This document shows positions 10,489-22,700 of a DNA stretch of 64,000 nt, piece after piece. The position numbers and the translations under genes were made by a program. The notes beneath the pieces are model-generated. The model ran no database searches. It had not been told where the DNA came from and worked only from the letters and a program-made list of their open reading frames with translations. The stretch is from Mycobacterium sp. GTDB taxonomy: Bacteria; Actinomycetota; Actinomycetes; Mycobacteriales; Mycobacteriaceae. The DNA lies in the NCBI GenBank assembly GCA_022841565.1, contig JALHRH010000002.1, positions 8,575 through 72,574 of the forward strand, written 5' to 3'. The stretch's first letter is position 1; each line of letters begins with the position of its first letter.

Positions 10489-11244
10489 TTATGTTGGCGC
10501 GGAAAGGATTTCGGCAAACTCCGCGATGAGCAGCATCCGGGAATACCGATCGGTCATCAACCTGCGTGCGACGGTGGTCAGGTGTTCGCCGCTGGCCCGC
10601 GCGTAGGTCCGCAGGAGTGCAAACGCCTCCTCCACCGACACATCGAGCGTCTCGCGGAGTAAGCCTTTGGCCTGCTCGACGACGACGCGGTTGGCCAGCG
10701 CAGAGCGCAGCTGTGGTATCACGGTCAAGGGGGTGGGTGGATGTTCTTGGAGTATCGCCACACACGCGATGTGTGTCAGGGTCTGGCCGACGAGCAGGTC
10801 GGCCTCGGTGAGCTCGCCGGGGCGAGTACCGAACAAGCCGAGCGCGCCCAGAATTGTTCCGGCGGCACGCATGGGGAGCGCGTGCACCGAGGCGAAGCCA
10901 ACTCCAATCGCGGCGGGGACGAATTGCGGCCATCGGTCGCCCTCCCTCCGAAGATCGGCTACCGACACACGCTGACCGGTGGCGTAACAGTCCAGGCATG
11001 GACCGTCGTCGGCCAGGAGTTGGAACAGTTCGATTTCGCGGGCTTGCTCCGAGGTGGCTGCCAGCAGCCGGAGCTGCCGCAGGGGGTCAGCGAGCAGGAT
11101 GCCCGCCGCCTCGACGTCGAGCAACTCGGCACAGCGTTCGGTGAGGCCGGTGAGCAGTTCGACCACGTCGAAGTCATCGAGCAAGCTGTCGACGAGCGAA
11201 ACGACGGCGTCCAGCACGCCTGTTTCTCGGGGGGTGTCAGTCAC
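10489..11244 (-). CDS. GAF-ANTAR domain RNA-binding regulator (paralogue 3)
   Basis: GAF-like core (DGPCLDCYATGQ...) and ANTAR tail (NRVVVEQAKGLLRETLDVSVEEAFALLRTYARASGEHLTTVARRLM). GTG 11244 is preceded by GGAAGAAGG. The ORF opens at 11280. Confidence 0.85.
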   Translation of the reverse strand: MTDTPRETGVLDAVVSLVDSLLDDFDVVELLTGLTERCAELLDVEAAGILLADPLRQLRLLAATSEQAREIELFQLLADDGPCLDCYATGQRVSVADLRREGDRWPQFVPAAIGVGFASVHALPMRAAGTILGALGLFGTRPGELTEADLLVGQTLTHIACVAILQEHPPTPLTVIPQLRSALANRVVVEQAKGLLRETLDVSVEEAFALLRTYARASGEHLTTVARRLMTDRYSRMLLIAEFAEILSAPT

Positions 11245-11286
11245 GTTTGCCTTCTTCCTGAATTCTTCCCGGCCGCACACTCCGCG

Positions 11287-12045
11287 TTAGTCGGCTTCGA
11301 GCTTCAATCGGCGGTCAAGGATGTCGCGAGCGACGTCGGTAGCGCTGCGGCCGATGGCGTAGGCGTGGGCGCGCAGCCGGACCAGGGCCTCGGCAGGCTC
11401 GATCCCCAGCTGAGCGACGAGCATGCCGGTCGCCTGGCTGACCTCCGCCCGGCTCAAGTTGTTCAGTTCGGCCCACGCGTTGCTCGTGGGGTCGGCCACC
11501 CCGGCTTGCATGTCGCCCTCCAGGAGATCCAGAACGGGGACGCCGGCGAGCTCGGCGGCTGCGGTCGCGCCGGCCAAGTCGTCGCTCATCAGTTGACCCG
11601 GCCGCATGCGGAAAAGGTCAAGGGCGCCGACATATTCGCCGGCCACAACGACCGGTAGCGCATATACGCTCCTGATCTGGTGAGCCAGCATGGCAGGCCC
11701 GTATGCAGGCCAGCGAGACTCCGCAGGGTCGGCGAGGTCGCAGATCAGAACCGGCGAACGTCGAGCCACCGATTCCAGGCAGGGCCCCTCGCCGAGAGTG
11801 AACTGCAGTTCGTCGTAGATGCGAGCGCGCCCACCACTAGATCCCAGTGTTGCGCTACTCGCACCATCGAAGACCAGTGAAATCGCCGCTGCATCAACGT
11901 CGAGCAGAAACACGCACGCCTCGCACAGGCGATCGGCGGCGTCTACTCCGTGGCGCCCGCCGACAGCCCCGAGGAGTTGCTGGTAGATCGCCACATTCAG
12001 CCGAACGGCGGTCGCGGCGGAAGCGTCATGGCTCCACCATTTCAC
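11287..12045 (-). CDS. GAF-ANTAR domain RNA-binding regulator (paralogue 4)
   Basis: GAF-like core (EGPCLESVARRSPV...) and ANTAR tail (EVSQATGMLVAQLGIEPAEALVRLRAHAYAIGRSATDVARDIL). Head-to-tail with paralogue 3, less than 50 nt apart. Confidence 0.85.
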   Translation of the reverse strand: MKWWSHDASAATAVRLNVAIYQQLLGAVGGRHGVDAADRLCEACVFLLDVDAAAISLVFDGASSATLGSSGGRARIYDELQFTLGEGPCLESVARRSPVLICDLADPAESRWPAYGPAMLAHQIRSVYALPVVVAGEYVGALDLFRMRPGQLMSDDLAGATAAAELAGVPVLDLLEGDMQAGVADPTSNAWAELNNLSRAEVSQATGMLVAQLGIEPAEALVRLRAHAYAIGRSATDVARDILDRRLKLEAD

Positions 12046-12280
12046 TAGTTGAGAGATTTGACGAGCGCACGGCTAGCGAAAGCGCCGGGCTGGTGCCCCC
12101 ATCGGGTGCGGTACTGGCATTCGCCCTACCCGGTGGGGCCGGCCAAAGCGGGCACGTTGTGTGATCGCGCTCCGGTGACGTCACCGAGCCCACTGGTGAC
12201 CACCGATCACAAGTCAAGCGGCATCGATCAGACAGCACTGACGCACGGAAAGCACTGAACTACAGCGACATTCGCTGATC

Positions 12281-14765
<2,485 letters not shown>

Positions 14766-14768
14766 GTC

Positions 14769-16268
14769 TCAACCCAGGGTCGTGTGCATCAACATCACGT
14801 CGTATGCCGACCACAGCGACAGATTGAAGTACACGTCCTTCCCCGTCGACCAAGGGTGCATCATCGGCGCGTAGACGCCACCAGGCATCTGGAAATTCGA
14901 GACCAGCAGGTGCTCCGGGCCGTACGGGCCTTGCGGCGCCGGTGCCGTCCTCGCCACGACGTCGTTGGCGCCGTTGGTGTACATCACCAGATATTGCTTG
15001 AGGTAGGTGTTGTACTGGGCCGACATCTCGGCCACCGGACCGGGGATGACCGGAGTGGCCGCCGACGGTTTGTTCGGAACCCAGGAGTTCGAATCACCGT
15101 TCCAGTAATCGTATTTGGTGAGATCCGGGATGAAGCGTTGAGGCACTCGCGACAGGTGCGCCGATCCGCCGCGCCCATTCGGTGTACCAAAGGAGTACAG
15201 GTAGCCGTCGTTCCCCTTGACGTACGCACCCATCTGGAAGTTCTCATTACCCTCGACGTAAGGGACCCGCGCGGCGTCGGGCCCGTTGGCGCGGATTGTG
15301 CCGGGGTACACCGCCCAGGTTTGGCCGTTGTCGGTAGACATCGCGATGCCCGAATAGTTCGTCCACCATTCTCCATCGCGACCCCAGTCCTTAATGGACA
15401 TGAAGTTGATGTACTGAGTTTTTCCGACGGAAATGGCGGCGGTCGGAATGATTCCGGTCTCTTCGTTCGCGTACTTGATGCTGTTGATGACCTGCCGTGA
15501 GAAACCCGGTTGCTGAGTCGGCGAACCGGCATACCTGTTGGCAGGGTCGCCGGCGGCCACATGCAGTCCGTGGGACAGGTCATGGTCGTTGCTGCGGAAC
15601 AGCACGTTGTAGCGCCACTGGTCGCCCTTGACGGCGCAGTAGCCGAAGGTGTCGCCGAAGGCCATGAGCACCTGATGGTTGGCGGGATCGCCGTTGTCCC
15701 AGAGGATCCCGAGATCGGTCCCGGAGATGCCGAAGCGTTCGAGGGTCTTGTTCGGGCCGTCCGGCCCGGTCACCCACTCGACCAGCGAGGTGTTGGAGCC
15801 CCCGAGTGCGCCTTCGGATTCCGGCGCCCCAGCGGGCGGCGCCGGCGCCGGGTTGGGCGGCGGTACCGCAGCTGCCTCGGGAGCCAGTTGCGCGGCCGGG
15901 GGGTTCTGACCCGCCGCGGGTGGAGCGGGGACCGGTGGCGCGGGGTTGGCACCTGGGACAAGCGCCTGCTGTTGGAGTGGCGCGGAGTAGCGCTGACCCG
16001 GCTGCGGAACGCGCTGCAACGGACCCAACCTTGGTAGCGGCGCGCGGTCATTCGCACCACGGGGCCGCTTGTTCATGGGGCCGAGCACCTTGCCCCCCGG
16101 ATTGGTCACCACCGCGTTGGCCGGTGGCGCCACGTTCGCTTCGGGGGCGCTGCATGGCAACGCATGTGCCTCCGGAGCGAGGCCAGTAGCGAGGCCGATC
16201 GGAAGGATGAGCCCGATTGCAGCCGTCGCTGCCAGCGATACCGAAATACAGCGGGGGATCGCCGACAT
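14769..16268 (-). CDS. secreted Pro/Ala-rich protein with DUF4185-like beta-propeller domain (possible GH183-type glycoside hydrolase)
   Basis: Signal peptide MSAIPRCISVSLAATAAIGLILPIGLATGLAPEAHA, a ~130-aa P/A-rich linker, then a globular domain (LVEWVTGPDGPNKTLERFGISGTDLGILWDNG...). ATG 16268 is preceded by GGAAAGG. DUF4185 assignment is from memory. Confidence 0.75.
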   Translation of the reverse strand: MSAIPRCISVSLAATAAIGLILPIGLATGLAPEAHALPCSAPEANVAPPANAVVTNPGGKVLGPMNKRPRGANDRAPLPRLGPLQRVPQPGQRYSAPLQQQALVPGANPAPPVPAPPAAGQNPPAAQLAPEAAAVPPPNPAPAPPAGAPESEGALGGSNTSLVEWVTGPDGPNKTLERFGISGTDLGILWDNGDPANHQVLMAFGDTFGYCAVKGDQWRYNVLFRSNDHDLSHGLHVAAGDPANRYAGSPTQQPGFSRQVINSIKYANEETGIIPTAAISVGKTQYINFMSIKDWGRDGEWWTNYSGIAMSTDNGQTWAVYPGTIRANGPDAARVPYVEGNENFQMGAYVKGNDGYLYSFGTPNGRGGSAHLSRVPQRFIPDLTKYDYWNGDSNSWVPNKPSAATPVIPGPVAEMSAQYNTYLKQYLVMYTNGANDVVARTAPAPQGPYGPEHLLVSNFQMPGGVYAPMMHPWSTGKDVYFNLSLWSAYDVMLMHTTLG

Positions 16269-16605
16269 GTCACACCTTTCCAAAGGCAGGACGCCGAATT
16301 GGCGTCCGCAAGGGTTGATGTGACGATAGTGAGCGATGAGGCCGCTGTGACCCGTGAGCAGTCAAAAGGTATGGGTCCGTAACCGTGTCGCAACCCCGTT
16401 TGCCGATGACCTGGCGGCCGAGCCGGATCCTCCGAGCCGGACCACCATCGTCGGCCCAACGAAACAACTTTCGCCTGAGGCTGGTTCGGCCCGCTGCGAA
16501 GACTGAGAACAATCTCATGCTTAACCCGGCCGGTCAGCGGATATACAGTGCGCGACCGTTTGGCGTTCACAGCGCGGTCGCGCCCGTCAATGTCCAGGAG
16601 GCACG

Positions 16606-18804
16606 GTGGTCCCAAATGTCAGCGCAGCACAGACCGCGACGCCGGGGGTCGCTGCGGGCACAAACCAAGGAGAAGACCGGCCGGAGGTGTGGCCTGGCAA
16701 GGCCTACCCGCTGGGTTCGAGTTACGACGGGTCGGGCACGAACTTCGCCGTCTTCAGCGAGGTGGCCGAGCGCGTGGAGCTGTGCCTGTTCGACGAGGAC
16801 GGTTCGGAGACCAGGATTGCCCTGCCGGAAGTGGACGGATTCGTCTGGCATGCGTTCCTGCCCAGCGTCCAGCCCGGTCAGCGATACGGCTTCCGGGTGC
16901 ACGGCCCCTACGACCCCGCTGACGGCCAACGCTGTAACCCGAACAAATTGCTGGTGGACCCCTACTCGAAAGCGATCGACGGTTTGTTCCAATGGGACCA
17001 GTCGTTGTTCAGCTACGACTTCGGCGATCCGGACAGCCGCAACGACGACGACTCCGCCCCCAACATGCCCAAGTCGGTGGTGATCAACCCCTACTTCGAC
17101 TGGGGCGTGGACCGACCACCTGGCCACGAGTACGCCGACAGCGTCATCTACGAGGCCCACGTCAAAGGTCTCACCCAGACCCATCCCGCGATCCCCGAGC
17201 GGATCCGCGGCACGTATTCGGCGATCGCGCACCCAGCCATCATCGAGCACCTGACCAGTCTGGGCGTGACGGCGATCGAGCTGATGCCAGTCCACCACTT
17301 TGCCAACGACTCGACCCTCATCGAGAAGGGGCTGTCGAACTACTGGGGTTACAACACAATCGGTTTCTTCGCCCCCGATTTCAAGTACACCGCCAGCGCC
17401 ACACCCGGCGGCCAGGTTCAGGAGTTCAAGGCCATGGTGCGCGCGCTGCACGAGGCCAACATCGAGGTGATCCTCGACGTCGTCTACAACCACACTGCCG
17501 AGGGAAACCACATGGGCCCAACATTGTCGATGCGGGGCATCGACAATGCCGCCTACTACCGGTTGGTCGACGACGACAAGCAGTACTACATGGACTACAC
17601 CGGCACCGGCAACAGCCTCAATGTCGGTCACCCCCACACCTTGCAGCTGATCATGGATTCGCTGCGCTACTGGGTCACCGAGATGCACGTCGACGGATTC
17701 CGCTTCGACTTGGCGTCCACCTTGGCCCGCGAGTTCTATGATGTCGATCGTTTGTCCGCGTTCTTCGAACTGGTGCAACAGGATCCGATCGTCAGCCAGG
17801 TCAAGCTCATCGCCGAACCCTGGGATGTCGGCCCCGGCGGATATCAGGTGGGCAACTTCCCGCCGCAGTGGACCGAGTGGAACGGCAAGTTCCGCGACAC
17901 CATCCGCGATTTCTGGCGCGGCGAGGATGCCATCCTCAGCGAATTCGCTTCCCGGATCAGCGGATCGGCCGATCTCTACGAGCACACCGCACGCCGACCG
18001 GTCGCCTCCATCAATTTCGTCACCGCCCATGACGGGTTCACGCTGCGGGATCTGGTGTCGTACAACGAGAAGCACAACGAAGCCAACGGCGAGAACAATA
18101 ACGACGGCGAATCGCACAATCGATCCTGGAATTGTGGCGTCGAGGGCCCGACGGACGACCCGGAAATCAATGCGCTACGGGCCCGCCAGCAACGCAACTT
18201 CCTGGTGACAACCCTTCTCTCACAAGGGGTTCCGATGATCTGCCACGGCGACGAACTCGGCCGCACCCAAAATGGCAACAACAACGGATTCTGCCAGGAC
18301 ACCGAGCTGACCTGGATCAACTGGGAGAGGGCCGACAACGACCTCATCGAGTTCACCCGGGCAGTGGCGTCTGTGCGGGCCGCGCATCCGGTCTTCCGTA
18401 GGCGCCGTTTCTTCACCGGAGCCCCGGTGCGCCACCGAGGTTTCGAAGGCCTGCCGGACATCTCGTGGTTCCGACCCGACGGCACCGAGATGAGCGACGA
18501 GGACTGGGATTCCGGCTTCGGCAAGTCGGTAGCGGTCTTTCTGAACGGTCTGGGCATTCCGGGCACGGATTCACGCGGGCAACGCATCACCGATGATTCC
18601 TTTGTGTTGTGCTTCAACGCCCACCACGAGCCGATCGAATTCGCGCTTCCCCCTGACGAATTCGGACCAAGCTGGCTCGCCGTGCTGGACACGGCCACCG
18701 ACACCGGGCAGGTGGAGAACGGCGACGCGTTGCCACCGAAGGGCAAGGTCACGGTCGAGGGACGCGCGGTGGTGCTGTTGCAGCAAACCCGGCGCGACCA
18801 GTAA
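16606..18804 (+). CDS. glgX: glycogen debranching enzyme GlgX/TreX (GH13)
   Basis: 732 aa. Hallmarks: YPLGSSYDGSGTNFAVFS, GYNTIGFFAP, VILDVVYNHTAEG, DGFRFDLAS, IAEPWD, NFVTAHDGFTL. GTG start is 6 nt after AGGAGG. Confidence 0.95.
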   Translation: MVPNVSAAQTATPGVAAGTNQGEDRPEVWPGKAYPLGSSYDGSGTNFAVFSEVAERVELCLFDEDGSETRIALPEVDGFVWHAFLPSVQPGQRYGFRVHGPYDPADGQRCNPNKLLVDPYSKAIDGLFQWDQSLFSYDFGDPDSRNDDDSAPNMPKSVVINPYFDWGVDRPPGHEYADSVIYEAHVKGLTQTHPAIPERIRGTYSAIAHPAIIEHLTSLGVTAIELMPVHHFANDSTLIEKGLSNYWGYNTIGFFAPDFKYTASATPGGQVQEFKAMVRALHEANIEVILDVVYNHTAEGNHMGPTLSMRGIDNAAYYRLVDDDKQYYMDYTGTGNSLNVGHPHTLQLIMDSLRYWVTEMHVDGFRFDLASTLAREFYDVDRLSAFFELVQQDPIVSQVKLIAEPWDVGPGGYQVGNFPPQWTEWNGKFRDTIRDFWRGEDAILSEFASRISGSADLYEHTARRPVASINFVTAHDGFTLRDLVSYNEKHNEANGENNNDGESHNRSWNCGVEGPTDDPEINALRARQQRNFLVTTLLSQGVPMICHGDELGRTQNGNNNGFCQDTELTWINWERADNDLIEFTRAVASVRAAHPVFRRRRFFTGAPVRHRGFEGLPDISWFRPDGTEMSDEDWDSGFGKSVAVFLNGLGIPGTDSRGQRITDDSFVLCFNAHHEPIEFALPPDEFGPSWLAVLDTATDTGQVENGDALPPKGKVTVEGRAVVLLQQTRRDQ

Positions 18805-18929
18805 CGGGGGGTGCTACGTACCTGTCCCCCTGGCGCGAACCAGCAGTATGCTCAAGCCGCCAAATGCGGCAGGCGCGCCGGGGAGTCGCGGATTGCGTGC
18901 ATACCGACGACAAGCAAGAAGGACAGGTT

Positions 18930-19685
18930 ATGCGCTCCCTCACCGCAGCCGTCTCGGTTGCCGCCGCCGGATTGTTGGTCGCCGCTTGCGGCGGCGACCA
19001 CGATGACGGCACCGCGTCGACGTCGAGTTCGGCCACCAGCTCATCCAAGCCGCCGATCGCGCAGGCGGCGCTGGCCAACCTGCTGCTCACCCCGGCCGAG
19101 ATCGATATCGCGATGGGCACCACCGGCATGTCGACGAAAGATAGGTCGGACAAGCTGGCAGACGACGGCAACAAGCAGTACCCGCAGGGCTGGAAATGGC
19201 CCGCGGAGTGCCTGTACGCCTATAGCCCGGGCGAGAACCCCGTGTACGCCGGCAGTGGGTTCACGTCGGCTCTAGGTCGCGACGACAGCGCCTCCCCGGC
19301 CGCCCCGGGATCCAAGGACATGGACCCCGAGGCCGTTCAGTACCTGGTGGTCTTCCCTTCCGCGAGCGAGGCGAAGGCGTTCTTCGAGGCCTCGTCCAAG
19401 GCCTGGCCGGCCTGCACGGATCGCACGCTCGTCGTCCCGGCCGACCCCGGCGCGTCTGAAATCACCTGGACGGTAGGGCAGGTGAATTCGTCCAACGGCG
19501 TGCTGACCACCACCATCTCCGTCAGCACGACCGACAACGGCACACTCGTCGGCGGGACCTGCCAGCGGGCGCTGACCGTGCGCAACAACGTGGTGATCGA
19601 CGTCAGCGGATGCGGACCCAAGGACCCCGGCGACGCCGGTGTCAAGCTGGCCACCCAGATTGCCAGCAAGGCAGACAAGGCCTAG
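18930..19685 (+). CDS. lipoprotein with PknH-like extracellular sensor domain
   Basis: MRSLTAAVSVAAAGLLVAACGG has a signal peptide and lipobox (VAAC). The mature part has four further Cys and the LLLTPAEI... start typical of PknH_C-type sensor-domain lipoproteins. The ORF opens at 18864. Confidence 0.75.
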   Translation: MRSLTAAVSVAAAGLLVAACGGDHDDGTASTSSSATSSSKPPIAQAALANLLLTPAEIDIAMGTTGMSTKDRSDKLADDGNKQYPQGWKWPAECLYAYSPGENPVYAGSGFTSALGRDDSASPAAPGSKDMDPEAVQYLVVFPSASEAKAFFEASSKAWPACTDRTLVVPADPGASEITWTVGQVNSSNGVLTTTISVSTTDNGTLVGGTCQRALTVRNNVVIDVSGCGPKDPGDAGVKLATQIASKADKA

Positions 19686-19702
19686 TTAACTCTAGTTAAC
19701 TC
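19683..19702. repeat. perfect 10-bp tandem duplication TAGTTAACTC x2 between convergent stop codons
   Basis: ctagttaactctagttaactc read directly. It contains the TAG stop of the lipoprotein gene (19683-19685) and the TAA stop (complement, 19696-19698) of the PPE gene. AT-rich in a GC-rich context. Confidence 0.9.
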
Positions 19703-22700
19703 AGCAGGGGCCGGATGTCCACGTGGAAGCTGCCGGGGCCCGCGATCGCCGACAGGCCGTCGCCGGCGGCGACCGCGAGGTTGATGACGCCGTTGAACGC
19801 CTTGGCTCCGGCTCCGTTGGCGGTGACGATGGCGAAGTTGCCGCCCGCCAGTCCCCCGGACTGGTCGCCGGCCAGCGCGAAATTGCTGCCGCCGGCGGTC
19901 ACCGCAATGTTCAGCACGCCCGCGCCGCCGGCCCAGACATCGTGATTGCCGTCGCCGACGACCGTAGCGATGTTGGCGAAGTTGAGCGGACCGTGGCCGC
20001 TGGCCCCGACCAGGTTGTTGCCCGCGCCGACGACGGTGGCCACGATCCCGAAGTTGGCCGGCTGGTGCCCCCGGGCTGTGACACCGGTGTTGCCGTCGCC
20101 GACGGCAGTGGCGACACCACCGACGCTCAGGCCGGCAACGCTGGCCGCCACGCTGTTGTTGTCCCCGACCGCGGTCGCGGCGATGGCGATGTTGCCGCCG
20201 GCGCCGCCGGCTGTGGCGAAGACCTGTGTGTTGCCGTCCCCGATCGCCGTGCCGAGAGTCGCGATATTCGCGCCGACGCCAGAGGCGGTGGCGGAGACGC
20301 CATTCCCGGCGCCGGCCGCGGTGGCCAGGGTCGCGTAGTTCTGCACACCGGTCGCCGACGCGGTAGCCGTGTTGCCGCCACCGACGAATGCGGTAGCCAC
20401 CGTCGCAATGTTGCCACCGCCGTTGGCGGCGGCCGAGACGGCGTTGCCGTCGGTGAAGGCGGTGCTCAGGGTGGCGATATTGCCGCCGATGCCCACGGCC
20501 CTGGCCACCGCCGCGGTGTTGTTGTCACCGAATACGGTCGCCAGGGTCGCGATATTGCCACCTGCACCGCCGGCTTCGACCACGCCGCCGGTGTTGCCGT
20601 CGCCGTACACGGTGCCCAGCGTGGCGATGTTCTCCAGGCCGAAGGCGCTGACCTTCATCGAGTTGCCGTCGCCGATCACCGTCGAGGCGACGGGCACGTT
20701 ACCCACCCCGGTCACGTCGACGGTGGCCGTGTTCTGGTCGCCGATAGCGGTGGCGACCGAGACGATGTTGCCCGAGCCGGTCGCGCTGGCCGACACCGCC
20801 GCGTTGTCGTCACCGATCACCGTGCCCAACGTGACGACGTTGCCGCCGACACCGATCGCGCGCGCCCCGGTGACGGCATTGCCATTGCCGAACACGGTGG
20901 CCAAGGTGGCGATGTTGCCGCCGGCGCCGCCAGCCTCGGCCGCCACCGTGGTGTTGCCGTCACCGTAGGAAGTGGCCACCGTCGCGATGTTGTCTACGCC
21001 GAACGCGGTGGCGGACAGACCACTGTTGTCACCGATGCCGGTGGCGATCGTGGCGATGTTGCCGAGCCCCGTCGCACTGACTTTGGCGGTGCTGTTGTTG
21101 CCGAACACGCTGGCCAGCGTTGCGATGTTGCTGCCCCCGCCGCCGGCCTCAGCGGAGACCTGGGTGTTACCGTCGCCAATCGCGGTGGCGAAGGTCGCGA
21201 TGTTGGCGCCCACGCCCGGCGCGCCGGCCATGACGCCGTTGTTGTCTCCGATGGCGGTGGCGACGGTGGCGATGTTCTCGACGCCGAAGACGTTGATCTT
21301 GGCGGTGTTGTTGTCGCCGATCAGGGTGGCGATGTTGGCGGTGTTGCCCAGTCCGGTCGAGCTGACCGACGCCGAGTTGCCGTCCCCAACCACGGTGGCA
21401 AGCGTCACGGTGTTGCCGCCACCACCACCGGCCGAAGCAGAAACCTGGGTGTTGCCCTCACCGATCGCGGTGGCGAAGGTGGCGACGTTGAGACCGACAC
21501 CCGGCGCGCTGGCCGAGACGTTGTTGCCGTTTCCGTACGAAGTGGCCACGGTAGCAATGTTTTCCACGCCCAGGGCGCTCGCCGACGAGGTGTTGTTGTT
21601 GCTGAACAGGACTGTGGACAGGGTGGCCGTGTTGCCGGCGCCCAGCGCACTGGCCTGTGCCGTGTTGTTGTCACCGAACACCGTCGCCAGAGTGGCGACA
21701 TTGCCGCCCGCGATGCCGGCGTCGGCATCGACTTTCGAGTTGCCCTGGCCGATCGCGGTGGCGATGGTGGCGGTGTTTCCGCCGACGCCTTTGGCCTCGG
21801 CCGAGACGTTGTTGTCGTGCCCATAGGAGGTGGCCAGGGTGGCGATGTTTCCGACGCCGATCGTTTCGGCCGCCGAGTTGTTGTTGTTGCTGAACAACAC
21901 CGTTGACACGCTGGCTACGTTGCCCGCGCCGAACGCACTTGCTCTGGCAGTGTTGTTATCGCCCAACGACGTTGCGACGGTTGCGATGTTGCCACCGGCA
22001 CCACCCGCGTCGGCGCTGACCTGGGTGTTGCCACTGCCGAACGCGGTCGCGATCTGGGCGGTGTTGGCGCCTACACCGACGGCGCTGGCCCCCACCCCGT
22101 TGTTGTTACCGCCCGAGGTTGCCACGGTAGCGAGGTTGCCGGCCCCGATCACCTTCGAGGTGACGGTACTGCCGTCGCCCAACGACGTGGCGACGATGCC
22201 GATATTGCCAGCGCCGAGGGCGCTGGCCGAGACGGTGGGGTTGTTGGCGCCGAACGCGGTGGCCACCGTGCCGATGTTTTCCGAGCCGCTCGCGTCGGCC
22301 GAAACCGCGGTATTCCCACTGCCGCCGACGGTGGCGACCGTGGCGATGTTGTTGAGGCCGAACGAGCTGACCTTGACGCCGTTGTTGTCACCGAAGAGGG
22401 CGCTGGCCACGGTCCCGAGGTGACCCCCGCCGGTCGCATTGGCACTGATCGCGTTGTTGTTGCCGATGACGGAGGCGGCGACGGTCCCGAGGTTGCCGCC
22501 GACTCCCGTCGCCGTTGCCGCAACCGCGTTGCTGTTGCCCAACGCGGCGGCCACCACTCCTTCGTTGCCACCCGCGCCGCCGGCGACAGCGAGCACATTG
22601 ACGTTGCCACTGCCCGCGACGGCTGCCACCACCGCGTTGTTCTCGACGCCGAACGCGTCAGCCGACACCGTGGTGTTGTTGCTGCCGAACACCGCAGAGA

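Noticed and set aside
10741-11658. 305-aa plus-strand ORF spanning two ANTAR genes
   Set aside because: It runs antisense across the boundary of two independently supported minus-strand genes and has no motif.
16567-18117. 516-aa minus-strand ORF opposite glgX
   Set aside because: It is antisense to a gene with unmistakable GH13 motifs. Long stop-free antisense frames are expected at this GC content, and the translation has no recognisable domain.
19723-21906. 727-aa plus-strand ORF, together with several 130-280-aa ORFs such as 20972-21826 and 22439-23107, inside the PPE gene region
   Set aside because: They are antisense or alternate frames of the repetitive GC-rich PPE coding sequence, with Arg/Gly/Asp- or Pro/Ala/Val-rich low-complexity translations. 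They have no independent start context. The minus-strand PPE frame explains the region.
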